The position numbers and the translations under genes are program-made. DNA of 63,117 nucleotides, the filler included, from Klebsormidium nitens (lineage: Eukaryota > Plantae > Klebsormidiophyceae), in the NCBI GenBank assembly GCA_000708835.1. It is 4 parts of 4 records of this genome, joined end to end, with 100 filler letters (N's around TTAATTAATTAA, not from the genome) between each part and the next. Parts side by side here need not be neighbours in the genome. Positions count along the whole stretch, not along the records: positions 1 to 8,498 come from DF238243.1; positions 8,599 to 38,748 come from DF237780.1; 2 more parts are not named here. The stretch is one strand, 5' to 3'. Positions 1-11,569 of this stretch are shown in pieces (the stretch's first letter is position 1; each line of letters opens with the position of its first letter). The notes under the pieces were generated by a model that worked only from the letters and a program-made list of their open reading frames with translations, had not been told where the DNA came from and made no database searches.

Positions 1-1215
1 AAGGCGACACGGCGGCGGAAGCGGCAGCAGCGAGTGGTGAGCTCGGATGAGGAAGGCGGCCGGGGGACGGACAGCAGCTTCGGGGTGGAGTTTTGTCACG
101 TGCTGGACGTAATGATGCCGACAATCATGCCGGAGTGGGCGTGGACGTTCGGGCTTCTGAAAGCACAGAGACGGTTCATGGAGGGGCAGTCGTGGATGGG
201 TGACGTCGAGCTTGGGCAGCGGATTAAAAACAACGGCTTGGTGGTCCTACTGGAACGGCTCTTCAGCGGAAAGCACCGCACGGAATGGGCGTCCGCCGGA
301 ATGTGGCTGCCGGGCTTTGGCAACGTCCGCGCTGCTGATTTTAACCGGGATCTGCGGCTGGAAGGCTTCCTGCGATGGTTTCCGTACTGGCGTCCGGCGT
401 ACGTTAAGTATCGGATATACGTCTCGGCGGACTTTCTAGGTGCGTTTGTGAATGAGCGCTCGAGCTCTGCGTTGGACGTCCAGCAGCTTCATCGATTCAT
501 GCTCCAGTCCGACATCGGTGCCGCGGATCGCGCTCGAAATAGGGGGACGCTTTGGGACTGGGGGCTACTGTATGAAGAGTTAGACGAGATGCGAGCGGTC
601 ATTCCGTTCCAGCTTGGTGTGTTCGCCAAAGCTGCTGGCGCTTTGGGCATGCTGCGCGGAAGTCCACTGTTCATTCCAGGAACGGTGGTAGACGCGCTCT
701 CGATGCCGGGGCCGGAGCATCTACGGCCCGGGCCTTTATTAAGGCTTCTTAAGCGGGAGGGGTTAGCTTGGGTGGGGTTAACGGAGGAGATGCGCGAGAT
801 CAACGCGAGCACGCTGAACGCGCTGGCGAAGCTCACGAAAGAGAGCTGCGAAATGGAGAGGGAAGAGCCCAACGAGAATCCGAAGCCGTGGCCTGCGGAC
901 GGGATCGACGAAGCGGAGGTCGTGCGCCGCCAGCAAATGGCCGTCAGAGTCCGCGAAGCGCGAGATCCGGCGGAACGGGATGGGCGGAAGTCTGGGGAAG
1001 AGCCCATTGCAAAGCTGCAGGACGGTCTCGTGAAGTCGGCCGAGGCGAGAAGGTGCAGGAGCGTCTATGATTTTGGCACAGCAGGTTTTCGCTCCAAGAT
1101 TCCTGACAACGTTGAGGCACACTCGTTGTTGACAGATGTCATCAATGACGTGCAGTCGACATGGGAAAACAAGGTCAGCGAAGCGTCGAGACGGATCGGA
1201 TTCGGTAATATTTGA
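1..1215 (+). CDS. Intronless hypothetical protein, open at the left window edge
   Basis: The frame of ORF 34..1215 has no stop back to position 1 (KATRRRKRQQRVVSSDEEG...). No recognisable domain. Confidence 0.5.
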   Translation, partial: KATRRRKRQQRVVSSDEEGGRGTDSSFGVEFCHVLDVMMPTIMPEWAWTFGLLKAQRRFMEGQSWMGDVELGQRIKNNGLVVLLERLFSGKHRTEWASAGMWLPGFGNVRAADFNRDLRLEGFLRWFPYWRPAYVKYRIYVSADFLGAFVNERSSSALDVQQLHRFMLQSDIGAADRARNRGTLWDWGLLYEELDEMRAVIPFQLGVFAKAAGALGMLRGSPLFIPGTVVDALSMPGPEHLRPGPLLRLLKREGLAWVGLTEEMREINASTLNALAKLTKESCEMEREEPNENPKPWPADGIDEAEVVRRQQMAVRVREARDPAERDGRKSGEEPIAKLQDGLVKSAEARRCRSVYDFGTAGFRSKIPDNVEAHSLLTDVINDVQSTWENKVSEASRRIGFGNI

Positions 1216-1560
1216 TAGTCCAACGAAGGTAGCTTACACGGTCAGACCGTCGAACGGATCAAGGTGGTCGAATTCACGCGTGGCACGAGGCTTACGACTG
1301 ACGGATTTCATTCGGCAAGTCGCAATCATGCACGCTGTTTAGGATAACGGTTGGCGCGTCCGCATCGTGTTGTAGAGATGATTGTTTATGCGAAATGAAT
1401 GTTCATTTGGCGCGTTGGCATTGTCTTGTGGAATTGCTCGTTTATATGACTGGCGGATTGGACGAGGGTTCCTCAGACGTCTGAATTCGTATTGACCCGG
1501 TACTTCCTTCGTGCTTCACGTTGCAGGAGGAGATCGGCAAGTATGCAACAAATTTCGGCG

Positions 1561-3712
1561 GGGGGTGCGCAGGAGTACAACGGGAAGCGGATGTGGAAGA
1601 CAGTAGGCAGCGCTTGAAGGAGAGACGGACAATATGCGTGAATTCCCAGACCGGAGAGATCTCTGGCGTTAGCACGACGGTCACAGGGCCCGTTTCGGTG
1701 GCTGCAACAATCCGCGACTTCGAATCGGGATTGCACCCGGAGCTGAAGCCCAGAGACGGGGACACATTCACATTCATCAGAACACCAGCGGATAGTTTCT
1801 GGGAGCCGCCGTGCAGGAAAGATATGGTCGACGCGGTAGTCCGCAACTTGGCAACGATAGAAGAGTTAGCTGCAAAGGCTAGTAGTCGTATGATGCTGGA
1901 CAGGGCCCAACCCTTAGAGAAATAATAATAATGAGAGTTCGGTCTGAAATCGGCAGGCTCTAAAAACATATGATAAATTGGTTGTACGAACCTGTATACT
2001 CGAACTTGTCCTAGAATCCGTGCGCGCGCAGACGGCGTGTCTGCTTTCTGCCTTGCTAGATTCTACACAAGACTCGCGCGCGCTCTGGAACTCTGTTTAT
2101 CTGCGAATTTCACGGACAAACTTACACGGGTTCATCTCGTGCTTGCGCATGCTATTGGTCGAACGGGACAACCCGACGAGCCGCGTCATGCCATGCATAA
2201 TGCACGCCACTTAATGTCAACCGGCACGTGGTCTGATCGTCACTGATGAGCGTGGCTCGAAGCCGAGGGTGTCTCAAGCTGAGCTGCTGAGTCTGTCAAT
2301 TTGGCAAATGAACTTCTCGATGTTCAATCTAGGATTCTTCCAGTCTGCGGATCGGCGCCTAGGTAGGAGAACGGGAGAGATGCAAGACATCACAACATAC
2401 ACCCAGTTTTTGGAATAAGGGCTCTCCCGTCTTTGTTTTATGACTGCTCCGTAGGTGAATATAGTTCCGCTTCGTGTTCCGTTTGTACCAGTGCAATATA
2501 GCTGCGCTTAGCGGGTGGGCGTTGCGCCGGTATCAGAGGTTAATCATGTCGTCGTCAGCCGCGTCCTTTCCTCAGCAGCTCATGCGGGATAAGGAGTACC
2601 GAAATTTGTCGAGGGTACCTGTGGAGGAGCAGGNNNNNNNNNNNNNNNNNNNNCGGGTGCGCAGGAGTACAACGGGAAGCGAATGTGGAAGACAGTAAGC
2701 AGCGCTTGAAAGAGAGACGGACAATATGCGTGAATTCCCAGACCGGAGAGATCTCCGGCGTTAGCACGACGGTCACAGGGCCCGTTTCGGTGGCTGCAAC
2801 AATCCGCGACTTTGAATCGGGATTGCACCCGGAGCTGAAGCCCAGAGACGGGGACACATTCACACTCATCGGAACACCAGCGGATAGTTTCTGGGAGCCG
2901 CCGTGCAGGAAAGATATGGTCGACGCGGTAGTCCGCAACTTGGCAACGATAGAAGAGTTAGCTGCAAAGGCTAGTAGTCGTATGATGCTGGACAGGGCCC
3001 AACCCTTAGAGAAATAACAATAATGAGAGTTCGGTCTGAAATTGGCAGGCTCTAAAAACATATGATAAATTGGTTGTACGAACATGTGTACTCGAACTTG
3101 TCCTAGAATCCGTGCGCGTGCAGACGGCGTGTCTGCTTTCTGCCTTGCTAGATTCTACACGAGACTTGCGCGCGCTCTGGAATTCTATTGCTGCAAATTT
3201 GACGGACAAACTTACACGGGTCCATCTCGTGCTTGCGCATACTATTGGTCGAACGGGACAACCCGACGAGCCGCGTCATACCATGCATAATGCATGCCAT
3301 TTAATGTCAACCGGCACGTGGTCTGATGAGCGTGGCTCGAAACCGAGGGTGTCTCAAGCTGAGTTGCTGGGTCTGTCAAATTGGCAAATGAACTTCTCGA
3401 TGTTCAATCTAGGATTCTTCCAGTCTGCGGATCGGCGCCTAGGTAGGAGAACGGGAGAGATGCAAGACATCACAACATACACCCAGTTTTTGGAATAAGG
3501 GCTCTCCCGTCTTTGTTTTATGGGTGCTCCGTAGGTGAATATAGTTCCGCTTCGTCTTCCGTTTTTACCAGTGCAATATAGCCGCGCTTAGCGGGTGGGC
3601 GTTGCGCCGGTATCAGAGGTTAATCATGTCGTCGTCAGCCGCGTCCTTTCCTCAGCAGCTCATGCGGGATAAGGAGTACCGAAATTTGTCGAGGGAACCT
3701 GCGGAGGAGCAG
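1561..3712. repeat. Tandem duplication of an about 1.07-kb unit (1561-2632 and 2654-3712), separated by a 21-N gap
   Basis: Both copies begin GGGTGCGCAGGAGTACAACGGGAAGCG and end ...GAGGAGCAG. They differ by scattered substitutions and small indels. The duplicated ORFs (1521..1925 vs 2685..3017) match. Confidence 0.9.
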
Positions 3713-4459
3713 ATTCTGTGGCACCTGACAGTGTCAGGAAAGTTCCTTTTCAGGGATGTGAGGAGGATCCTGTGCTGGCATGTGCATAAGGATCTTCGGT
3801 TCAATCTGCGAGAGTGGCTGTCTCGGCATCTAAGGGAAAAGATCGCTTGCACTGTTAGGAAAGCTTTGTCTCTGGTCCTCCAGCAAGTGGTGGGAGAAAA
3901 ACCATCATACTGGGACATCGCATATGACGACGATCTGCGGCTGACGTGGCTTACCGAGTTCGGGTACCGAGTTCACCCCACCGATTGCTTTTATGGGCCA
4001 GAGGTTTTCGGTGATGGCAGTGTCTATCATATAAAGTCCCAGCAGGACTTCGAGAGGCGTGAGCATTCTCCTGATCTGTATTTTCCAAAGAGGCCATCTC
4101 TTTTTCTCCCAGCAGCCCATCCTTCTTTCCGTACATGTCTGTCCGAAGAGGAACAAGAGGAGGTCCTGGTTCACCTTGGACCTCAGGGCGTCTGCGACGT
4201 GCTGGTCGCATGCTTTGGGCGGGGGGACAAGGTGTGGGACGAGCGGTGCGTCAGGGCCTTGACAGAGTCTCTTAGGAAAGGAGCTTTCATTCTTGTCAGA
4301 GACAGCCTGGCAGACGATCTGAAGCTGCATTTGGACTCAAAGTTCCGGCTCGCAAGCGAGGAGAACTGGGATGAGCGCCGGGGTTATGTTCCTAGCTGGC
4401 TCGGGGATTTCTTTCCGTTCTCTGAGACCACAAAGGAACGTCTGACCTTGTGGCACTAG
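3626..4459 (+). CDS. Intronless hypothetical protein (about 277 aa)
   Basis: ATG at 3626 lies within ORF 3602..4459 and the translation has ordinary protein composition. The 5' part is duplicated at 2546-2632. Confidence 0.5.
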   Translation: MSSSAASFPQQLMRDKEYRNLSREPAEEQILWHLTVSGKFLFRDVRRILCWHVHKDLRFNLREWLSRHLREKIACTVRKALSLVLQQVVGEKPSYWDIAYDDDLRLTWLTEFGYRVHPTDCFYGPEVFGDGSVYHIKSQQDFERREHSPDLYFPKRPSLFLPAAHPSFRTCLSEEEQEEVLVHLGPQGVCDVLVACFGRGDKVWDERCVRALTESLRKGAFILVRDSLADDLKLHLDSKFRLASEENWDERRGYVPSWLGDFFPFSETTKERLTLWH

Positions 4460-5243
4460 GCGGGTCGGTTCCGAGAGGCTGCTGAGCGTGAGGACGAGTA
4501 CCTCGGGCGGCTGAGGGCCGAAAGGCCGGAGCTATTTGCGGAGCCTGAGCCGGTAGAGGAGCGTGAGCCGGAGTCTCCTAGTAGTTCTAACGGTCGGGAG
4601 CGTTCTACTGGATGGGATTAGGTTCTCAATTCTGGTGTGCACAGACGAGTATGGTTAAAGGACGGGATTTACTTGTCGATATTAGCTCTCTGTTAAGTAG
4701 GGTACAGACCCTAGAGCTAGAGACGTTTGGGAACGACAGTTCGTCACAAAACAATATTTCGATCACACAAAGGATTAAAAGTCGTTTGTAAGGATGCTGT
4801 GGCATTCAAACCTGTTCGATTAGAGATTGACAGTTGCGGGGTCCATTCATGTCTAGTACCACATCATCGCAGAAGCAACGTCTTCATACTCGTTCCAAAG
4901 TCTTTCATAGCTTCACAATCGATGCATGATGTCGGACGGGACCCAATTACTTGGGGAGATAAGAATTGCGAAAGTTCCGTGACAGAGCACGAGGCATTAT
5001 CAGTAACAGTTCGATTGTACGAAGGTACATAAATCAGCTTTATGGATGATGTAGCATTCAGGCTTGTTTGTATAGAAATTGGCAGCTGTGCGGTCCGTTC
5101 ATGACGAGTAACAGATCGTAACAGCAGCAAAGTTCTGATCCTCAGTACAAGGACGTCCAGTGAATGCTGATTATCTGCTATGAAGACGAACTGATACGTA
5201 ATCACGATTACAAGATTCGAATGCGTTCCCGTGTCCTGCTCCC

Positions 5244-5596
5244 TTATTGCGGCTTGCCATGCCGCTTCGCCCATCAGTAGAATCGAGACCTCCCCGGGTT
5301 ACTCTCTAGAATGTTGTAACCGTTAGCTCCTCTCGTTCCTAATAGCTCTATGTACGACGATTCTAAGACCTTAGCTTCCGCTTCAGTGACACCATCCCGG
5401 ATCACGTCGACTACGAAATTGGACCGGAATCCACCCAACCGCTTGACATCTGCGCGCAAGCGGCGCGGCGGCCGCGACGCGTGCTGCGAGATTCTACGTT
5501 TCACGTGATTCGTATAGCCTATGTACACCCGGTTATTACTGCTACACGTGACCTTATAGACCGCCCACGGACCCGACGCTGTTTGGGTGCCATCAT
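5244..5596 (-). pseudogene. GIY-YIG endonuclease, frameshifted with a premature stop
   Basis: Extending ORF 5274..5528 upstream gives WAVYKVTCSSNNRVYIGYTNHVKRRISQH...EAEAKVLESSYI...GYNIL, which contains the GIY-YIG motifs plus the Arg, Glu and Asn residues. The ATG (MMAPKQRR, 5596) is in another frame. TGA at 5274 interrupts RSRFY*WAKRHGKPQ. Confidence 0.85.
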
Positions 5597-5600
5597 GCGT

Positions 5601-6263
5601 TCATTGGTTGGGCGCCGCAGCAGTATTGCGGCGGCGGCGCTGCGGCGGGGGAGCAGCCGTCGTGGTCGCCCCAGCGTCGGCGATGTTTGGGATCGGTAGA
5701 ACCGCTGCAGCAGCGGGTGGCGCGGCCGCGACGGGCGGGTGCATCGCGGCCGGCGCGGGTGGGTGCAGCGAGGCCACCTGGGCGCCGTTCGGCGGCGCGG
5801 CCGCCTGGGCGCCATTCGGCAGAGCGGTCAGCACCGGCCCGGTCTGCTGGTCGCTCTCGTCCGCGCTTCGAGCGCGCTTGACGGCTTGAGCGCGAGCGTT
5901 GAATTGTTGAAGGATATACGTCGCCTGTACAAAGCACGGCTCAGTGTTCGTGGTAATTATACAGGAAGGAAGAATAATATGTGGACGGTTGTCGACAAGG
6001 ATTCCATATTCAATAAGCAGGCTTTCATAACCGTCCTGACCGGAACGCGAAGTAAGGTTAATTTGAGGCTGAAGTGTGGAGAAGGGATGTGGTAGGCAGG
6101 GCACAGCGCCTTTTCGCAGAATTTCGGGTATTAGTAACTGGACGGTTAACAGCAGATTGTCCGACTCGAAGTCTTCATAATTGCGACGATTGGGAGGGAG
6201 GGGGGGCGGGGCGAAGAACCCTACAACAGTAGCTAAGGATATCAAGAGAACAGCAGAAAACAA
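5601..6263 (-). CDS. Hypothetical Pro/Ala-rich ORF, possibly the last part of the degenerate gene at 6700-8268
   Basis: 220-aa ORF containing one copy of the FFAPPPLPxNRR repeat. Confidence 0.35.
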   Translation of the reverse strand: MFSAVLLISLATVVGFFAPPPLPPNRRNYEDFESDNLLLTVQLLIPEILRKGAVPCLPHPFSTLQPQINLTSRSGQDGYESLLIEYGILVDNRPHIILPSCIITTNTEPCFVQATYILQQFNARAQAVKRARSADESDQQTGPVLTALPNGAQAAAPPNGAQVASLHPPAPAAMHPPVAAAPPAAAAVLPIPNIADAGATTTAAPPPQRRRRNTAAAPNQ

Positions 6264-6651
6264 TCGAGCTATTCGCTGAATGTTTCATCGATTTCACAAA
6301 TATTTCGGACGGGTCTATTGTTCACCGAGCACTTTCAAAGGAAATGGAATTGCCGCGGATTGTTTTCAAAAACGAGCTTCAGAAGGCGAACTACGGGTGG
6401 CGGCAGAGTCTTCTGCTAGAAGTCCGCAGAACAACGGCGATTACTGGGGAGGGGGGGCGGGGCGAAGAACGCTTCGTCAATGGTTTAGGTTATCATGAGA
6501 TCCGCGTCAAACGTTACCAAGGTCGATTTGCCGCGTATGCTTTTTGAAAGGAGCTTCACTAGGCAGTCAATTTTCGGTGAGCGGTTAAGCCTTTCTTTAG
6601 AAGTCATAAGATCAACGGTGATTACTGGGGTGGGGGGGCGGGACGAAGAAC
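6190..6651 (-). repeat. Three diverged repeats encoding FF(A/V)PPP(L/H)PxN(R/H)R
   Basis: The GATT..GGG.GGGGGGCGGG(G/A)CGAAGAAC motif occurs near 6190, 6440 and 6620. Two copies contain stops. Confidence 0.7.
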
Positions 6652-6699
6652 CTTCTGTCCATAGACGAGACCTTCTACCGGTTATAAAGAAGTAATTGG

Positions 6700-8268
6700 T
6701 CAGAAGGAAGTTACCTTTGCCTCGCTCAGTCCACGGAGCTTCTCAGGTGCGATGCCGAAGTCGAGTACCAGTTCTTGATACTGTTTCACGCGCGCACCCC
6801 CGCTGGTGCGCTGCAGCAGCTTGTACATGTCGTCTTTCGTCAGCGTCGCCGGATCGAAGTTGACTCCCCAGCGCAGCAGCAGCTCCTTGGTAACACCTGT
6901 GCGCACAAGGTAAGTCTTATCAGTCACAGTACATCGTGTCCCAGTCACGTTTCACTTTTGACAAGAACGGAGCATTGTAGTGGTTTTCAACCAGCACCGT
7001 TGATAGGAGAACAAGGCTTGAGAGCTTGAGCTACGTACCGTCGGCCGGACGAGTTCCATGCTCTTCCGCGAAGGCCTGCGCCTGCTGCATCTTCGCGTCG
7101 ACGAACGTGTGGGCAGCTCCTGTCCCTGAGAACCCGGCGCTGAATTCCGCCGGCATGACGCCGTTCAGACTGATCATGTGCTTTTGACGCGAGCTCAGAT
7201 GCACGCGGTCCTCGCGGATAGAACCTTCTATGTTGTCGAAGAGAGGCTCGTAGTTGCCTTGGGGGGGCTTCGGGGCCTCGCTGAGCTGTTTGACGATCGC
7301 TGTCGCCTGCGCCAAATCAAAGTAACACTGTATGCTCTTGAATATGTTGATGAGTCCGTGCGAGAATGATGACAGCGTTTGCTTGGATCATCCTTTACGA
7401 CAGGTGGCCAAACTCTTATACGAATTGTACTTGCTGATCAAACAATACTACAGGTCGAGCCAGGCTTCAACCGCACGTCTCACGTACCTTGTTCTCGCGA
7501 AGCGGGCGCAGCTTCGCGGGGGAGATGCCGAACTCCCTATACAGTTTCGATAGATCCTTGATCATAGCTCCTCCGCTGTGACGCTTGAGTAGCGTGTATG
7601 AGTCCTTCTTGCTCAGCGAGTCCAAGTCTATATGTACATCCCAGTCGTCGACGATTTCTTTGAGCACTCCTGTAAGGTGTTGAAAATGTTTGTGATCACA
7701 TGTTTTCGTCACTACCCGCACAGAACAGCTAATTACGCAAATGGAAGACCTGTGTATATCTCTGTCTGCATCCTCTTTAATCTAATATTAGCGGCGTACA
7801 ATCAAACCGTAACAAGTTTCTGGCACAAAGTATAAGATTTAATAAGGGTCTCAACGCGGCGATAAAATCTGAACAGTTGTACGAGACTTTTTGGAGTGTG
7901 TGAAAAAGGCAGGGTGGGGCAAAGAGCTAATTCTCAGAACGCATACACAGCGTTGCGCAATATTCTCTGCACCGCCCCAAACAATCAGAATCGGCAGGTA
8001 GAAGAGATAGTTTGCATAAGCCGACTATTAACTTACCGTCCATAGGCTGAGATCCTGTACGCTCCTGGAAGCATTTGCCATCATTGATCTTGGACGTGAC
8101 AAACTGGTTCATTTCCGCGTGATTGTTGAAGCCGTCGCTGTACTCGGATGGGCGGACGCCATTGAGATGTAATATGGATTTATGCATCTCGCTCGGGTGA
8201 GCGCGTTGATCGGGAATGGCGGCGTTGAGTTCGTCAAAGAAGGCGGAGCAGTCATAAGGATCAGCCAT
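6700..8268 (-). CDS. Multi-exon hypothetical gene with an internal tandem domain duplication
   Basis: Exon A1 (LNGVRPSEYSDGF...QPMDG) matches A2 (LNGVMPAEFSAGF...RPADG). Exon B1 (TGVLKEIVDDWDV...HSGGAMIK...FGISPAKLR) matches B2 (TGVTKELLLRWGV...TSGGARVK...FGIAPEKLR). GT donors sit at homologous positions and the phases join. Confidence 0.7.
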
Positions 8269-8304
8269 CGTCGCTGCATAGAACAGAAAGTTCCACTGAG
8301 GAGG

Positions 8305-8498
8305 CTACCCAATGTTGAGTAGATCAGGCACGGGTTGGAAATCCGACGGGACAAGACGAGTTAGAATCTTCAGTATAGAACGGTCAGTAACGCGGCTGAG
8401 CATAACGTACAGTAGTCCAGGCGCGAACGCTTCCTTTACATGTACGAAAACCGTGCACCTTATACTAGTAGCACCTTGGCTCTTGTGACCTGTCATCG
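8305..8498 (-). CDS. PIF1: PIF1-family SF1B helicase C-terminus, truncated by the gap
   Basis: MTGHKSQGAT...HVKEAFAPGLLYVMLSRV corresponds to PIF1 motifs V and VI. The rest lies in or beyond the gap at 8499. Confidence 0.9.
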
Positions 8499-9139
8499 NN
8501 NNNNNNNNNNNNNNNNNNNNNNNNNNNNNNNNNNNNNNNNNNTTAATTAATTAANNNNNNNNNNNNNNNNNNNNNNNNNNNNNNNNNNNNNNNNNNNNGT
8601 CCATGTGAAGTTTGGAATCGGCCGGGTCAGGCGTCCAAACTTGATCAAGGCAAGGCTGTCCGACGGTTCCTCCGGTACGTACCGCCAAAGGGCTTGCTCC
8701 GTTGTTCAAACAATCCTGATTTTGTTCCAATGATTTTTATTTGCCCCTGAATATAAATCCAGGTAATTAGGGTAGTGCCCGGTAGTGGAATCTTAGGTCT
8801 GCACCGTCGTATATACGACAAAAAATTCATACAACGAATTACGATCAATTGGGGTCCGGAAATTATACTCCTGGTACCCATCGATCTGGCGTACGCCGTG
8901 GGACGGCCGGACCGTTTTTGTCGTGGGCAGAACCCAAATGAAAAAACGCGAGATTTGATTTTCTAAATTTTAGCCGTCGTGCCGGATTTTATACCATTAA
9001 GAGTCGACGCAATTTCCGGCGTACGAAACTGCTCTTAATGGAGTGATCCAGTCTGGGCCGCCACTTTCCTAGGTGGTCGTCCCAGTCCAATGCGGGATCT
9101 CAGCTTAGGGTTTAAAACCCTAAACCGAGCTAAAAAGGA

Positions 9140-9602
9140 AATCGTGCACCCTGGAGCCGATGGGTTCGGCTCGGGACCTCCGCGGGGTCTCCCAAGAGGA
9201 GTATACACTCGTACACACAGCCAATGATTGGGAAAAAGTAAGTACCTGCAGGAAAACGCACAGGTCCGTGTGCCCCGGGGTGCTTTTCCGCAGGGATGGG
9301 ATCCCCCCGGCCCGGCGGTGCGAGTCTTGGGCCTGTGCCCGCGGGTCTCGACTCTTTTCCTGCAGCCGGGGGTGAATTCAGGCTGCCTCCAGAAGACCGG
9401 GGCGATGCTTTTTCCTCTTGGCGACCACGCGACCCAAGTTAAAGCATGGTTTGTATTTTTTTCAGGTTAAACTGGCCCATTTCATGTGCGTAACCCAACA
9501 TCCGCAGCAAGGATGTTGGGTCACAAGTTCAAATTTTGACAACGGTCGCCGTCAGACCTAATAAACAATTGTTTATTTAACTCGATCGCATGGGGGGTCG
9601 GA
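9140..9602. repeat. Dispersed repeat, copy 1 (homologous to 24530-25180)
   Basis: Shares GTGCACCCTGGAGCCGATGGGTTCGGC, ACACAGCCAATGATTGG, GACCGGGGCGATGCTTTT, AACGGTCGCCG and CTCGATCGCATGGGGG with the second copy. Confidence 0.85.
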
Positions 9603-9639
9603 ATAGCTGAACCGGTACCCGGGATGGAGGCTGCGGTAC

Positions 9640-9990
9640 CGCCTCGCTACTACCTGGTACCTACTCAGTACCTACCAGCCATGGGGCAAATTACAACCAG
9701 GTACCTAGCAGTAAGTACCTGCATTAGCCTAGGTACCTACGCCCCTACCCTAGGCCTACCTACTTCAAACTGGAGGCTAGGTAGGCCGGGGTAATTCTGC
9801 CCCGACCATCTGCGGAGGCTGACGCAGGGCCTAGGTATGGCCCCGGGGCTGCGGTCTCCCGGTCCGACTGGACTAGGCTACCTAGGTACTAGCTATGTAC
9901 CTACAGGCTACCGACGGTAGCCTAGCTGGGCTAGGTAGGTAGCTACTGTCAGTGGTACGGTAGTCGGAGGTACGACTCGACGGTAGGCTC
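9640..9990. repeat. Low-complexity CTAC/CTAGG/GGTACC-rich tract
   Basis: Dense ACCTAGG, GGTACCTA and GTAGGTAG motifs. A similar tract occurs at 14844-14920. Confidence 0.6.
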
Positions 9991-10198
9991 GAGTCGCAAT
10001 TTGAAAAATTCGCAACCGTTGGGAACCCACCGGGCGCACCGCTAGACCGATGGTAGACTTGACTTACAGCCCGGGATGAGTGCGGATTCGGTACATGTCA
10101 AATTAACACACTAAGTAGATGTTGGTTAGCGAGGTGGGCCTTCACAATCTGTTGCGTTAAAAATAAAAAGTTGAAATGCCGACAGCCCGTACTTTTAA

Positions 10199-10604
10199 TG
10201 TGACGATCCGCGACTCTACCACTCATCAGTGAGTCACGCGCGCCAAAAGGTGTCGACCAGAATACCTTTCACAGCGCGCGTATTACTATATAGTAATTTA
10301 CGGACCTATTAATCCCGAATTATGTCGCAATATAGGTGTGCCAAGTCTATATTGTGACACTCTCCTGGACTAACACCCCGGGAATTACTCCGAGGATTTT
10401 TTACAGCGTCAGATACCGGGTGCCCCACGTCCGGCCAGAATTCAGATCAGAAATCAGACCCAGAAAATCAGAAATCAGAACAGAATTCAGATGCGGAAAC
10501 GGAGGTTCGAACCCACAACCTTTCGGTCCCGCTTTCGGTCGGGATCGTGACGTCGGCTGACGTCATCCTCTGATACCAATGTGACGATCCCCGACTCTAC
10601 CACT
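10199..10604 (-). mobile_element. TRIM-like miniature LTR retrotransposon remnant
   Basis: On the minus strand: LTR end ...GGATCGTCACA, then PBS TGGTATCAGAGG (10567-10578, tRNA-iMet type), a 220-bp non-coding interior, PPT CCAGGAGAG (10360-10368) and a 161-bp TG...CA LTR (10199-10359). The two LTR ends share about 24 bp with one mismatch. Confidence 0.7.
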
Positions 10605-11569
10605 TTTAGTCTATTCGGCAGTCACAGACTTACAGTACCTTACCCCTGCGCGACGTCCGGTACCCTATCAATGTAAGCCAGCGGTACCCACGGTTCCAAA
10701 CAATTTGGGGCTGCGAGTGCACGTGGTCTGACAAAACTGCTCATCGGACGGTCCACACTGACGGCCCGGGCTTTCCGGGACCTAGAAAATGGCCGAGTTA
10801 AACCGCTTTTTTGACAACTTGCTGGACAATGTAGTTTTATTTATTTTTACTTCTTTTAAAAGGCCTTAGCTGTTACACCATGGACCTGAGAACCCGCTCA
10901 GGCCACTTGGATTGTTGGATGTTCGTCGGTCTAGAAAAACTGAGGGTTCCGATACACTATTACACTCGATCACCTACCAGCTAGCATAGCCTAGGGCAAT
11001 CGTCCAAGAGCTTGGTCACTAGACTAAAATGCAACGATTCGGGCAACAACTATTCATAACGACTTTATGTACCCGGACTGTTACGTGTAGACTCTATCCC
11101 CGTACCGTAAAAGTATGTCTTCGTCTTCAGTGCGGGACGGGCGGGCCGGGGAGTAGAAGACGTTGGTCCGTTTGCAAGTCGCCAAGTCGGACGAGCCCCA
11201 GCTTTATGCGTGGTTGGTTCTTTTGTGTTGTAGTGTACCTCTCCATGAACGGTCCAGCCGCATCAAATAACATGCATCCTCCAAGTGAACTGAGAAGGCC
11301 AAATGCCGTAACAGGAAAGTATTCGCAGACACGTTCATGCGGTGGCGTTTCCGCCCTCCAAAGTAGGTCGAACGACCTTTCAGATAGAGTGCATTGAACG
11401 TTTGTTGTCTGCGAATTGAATCCCATCAGAGTCGCTGACGTGTGCCAAGAAACACTGACGAATACGTGCATAATGATTGAAAGCCGATTTCCAAATGCTG
11501 TTGCTTAGCAGAGGACATGTGGTTGGCCCTATAATTGAAAGCCCCTCCTTTATACGCGCTTTTTTTAGC

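Noticed and set aside
2528-2540. GGTATCAGAGG (also at 3609) resembling a tRNA-iMet PBS just before an ATG
   Set aside because: It is not preceded by an LTR-ending CA, and the following ORF is not gag-like.
8543-8554. TTAATTAATTAA palindrome inside N-runs (also at about 38793 and 59727)
   Set aside because: Identical spacer centred in 100-base gaps; an assembly or scaffolding artefact with stops in all frames.
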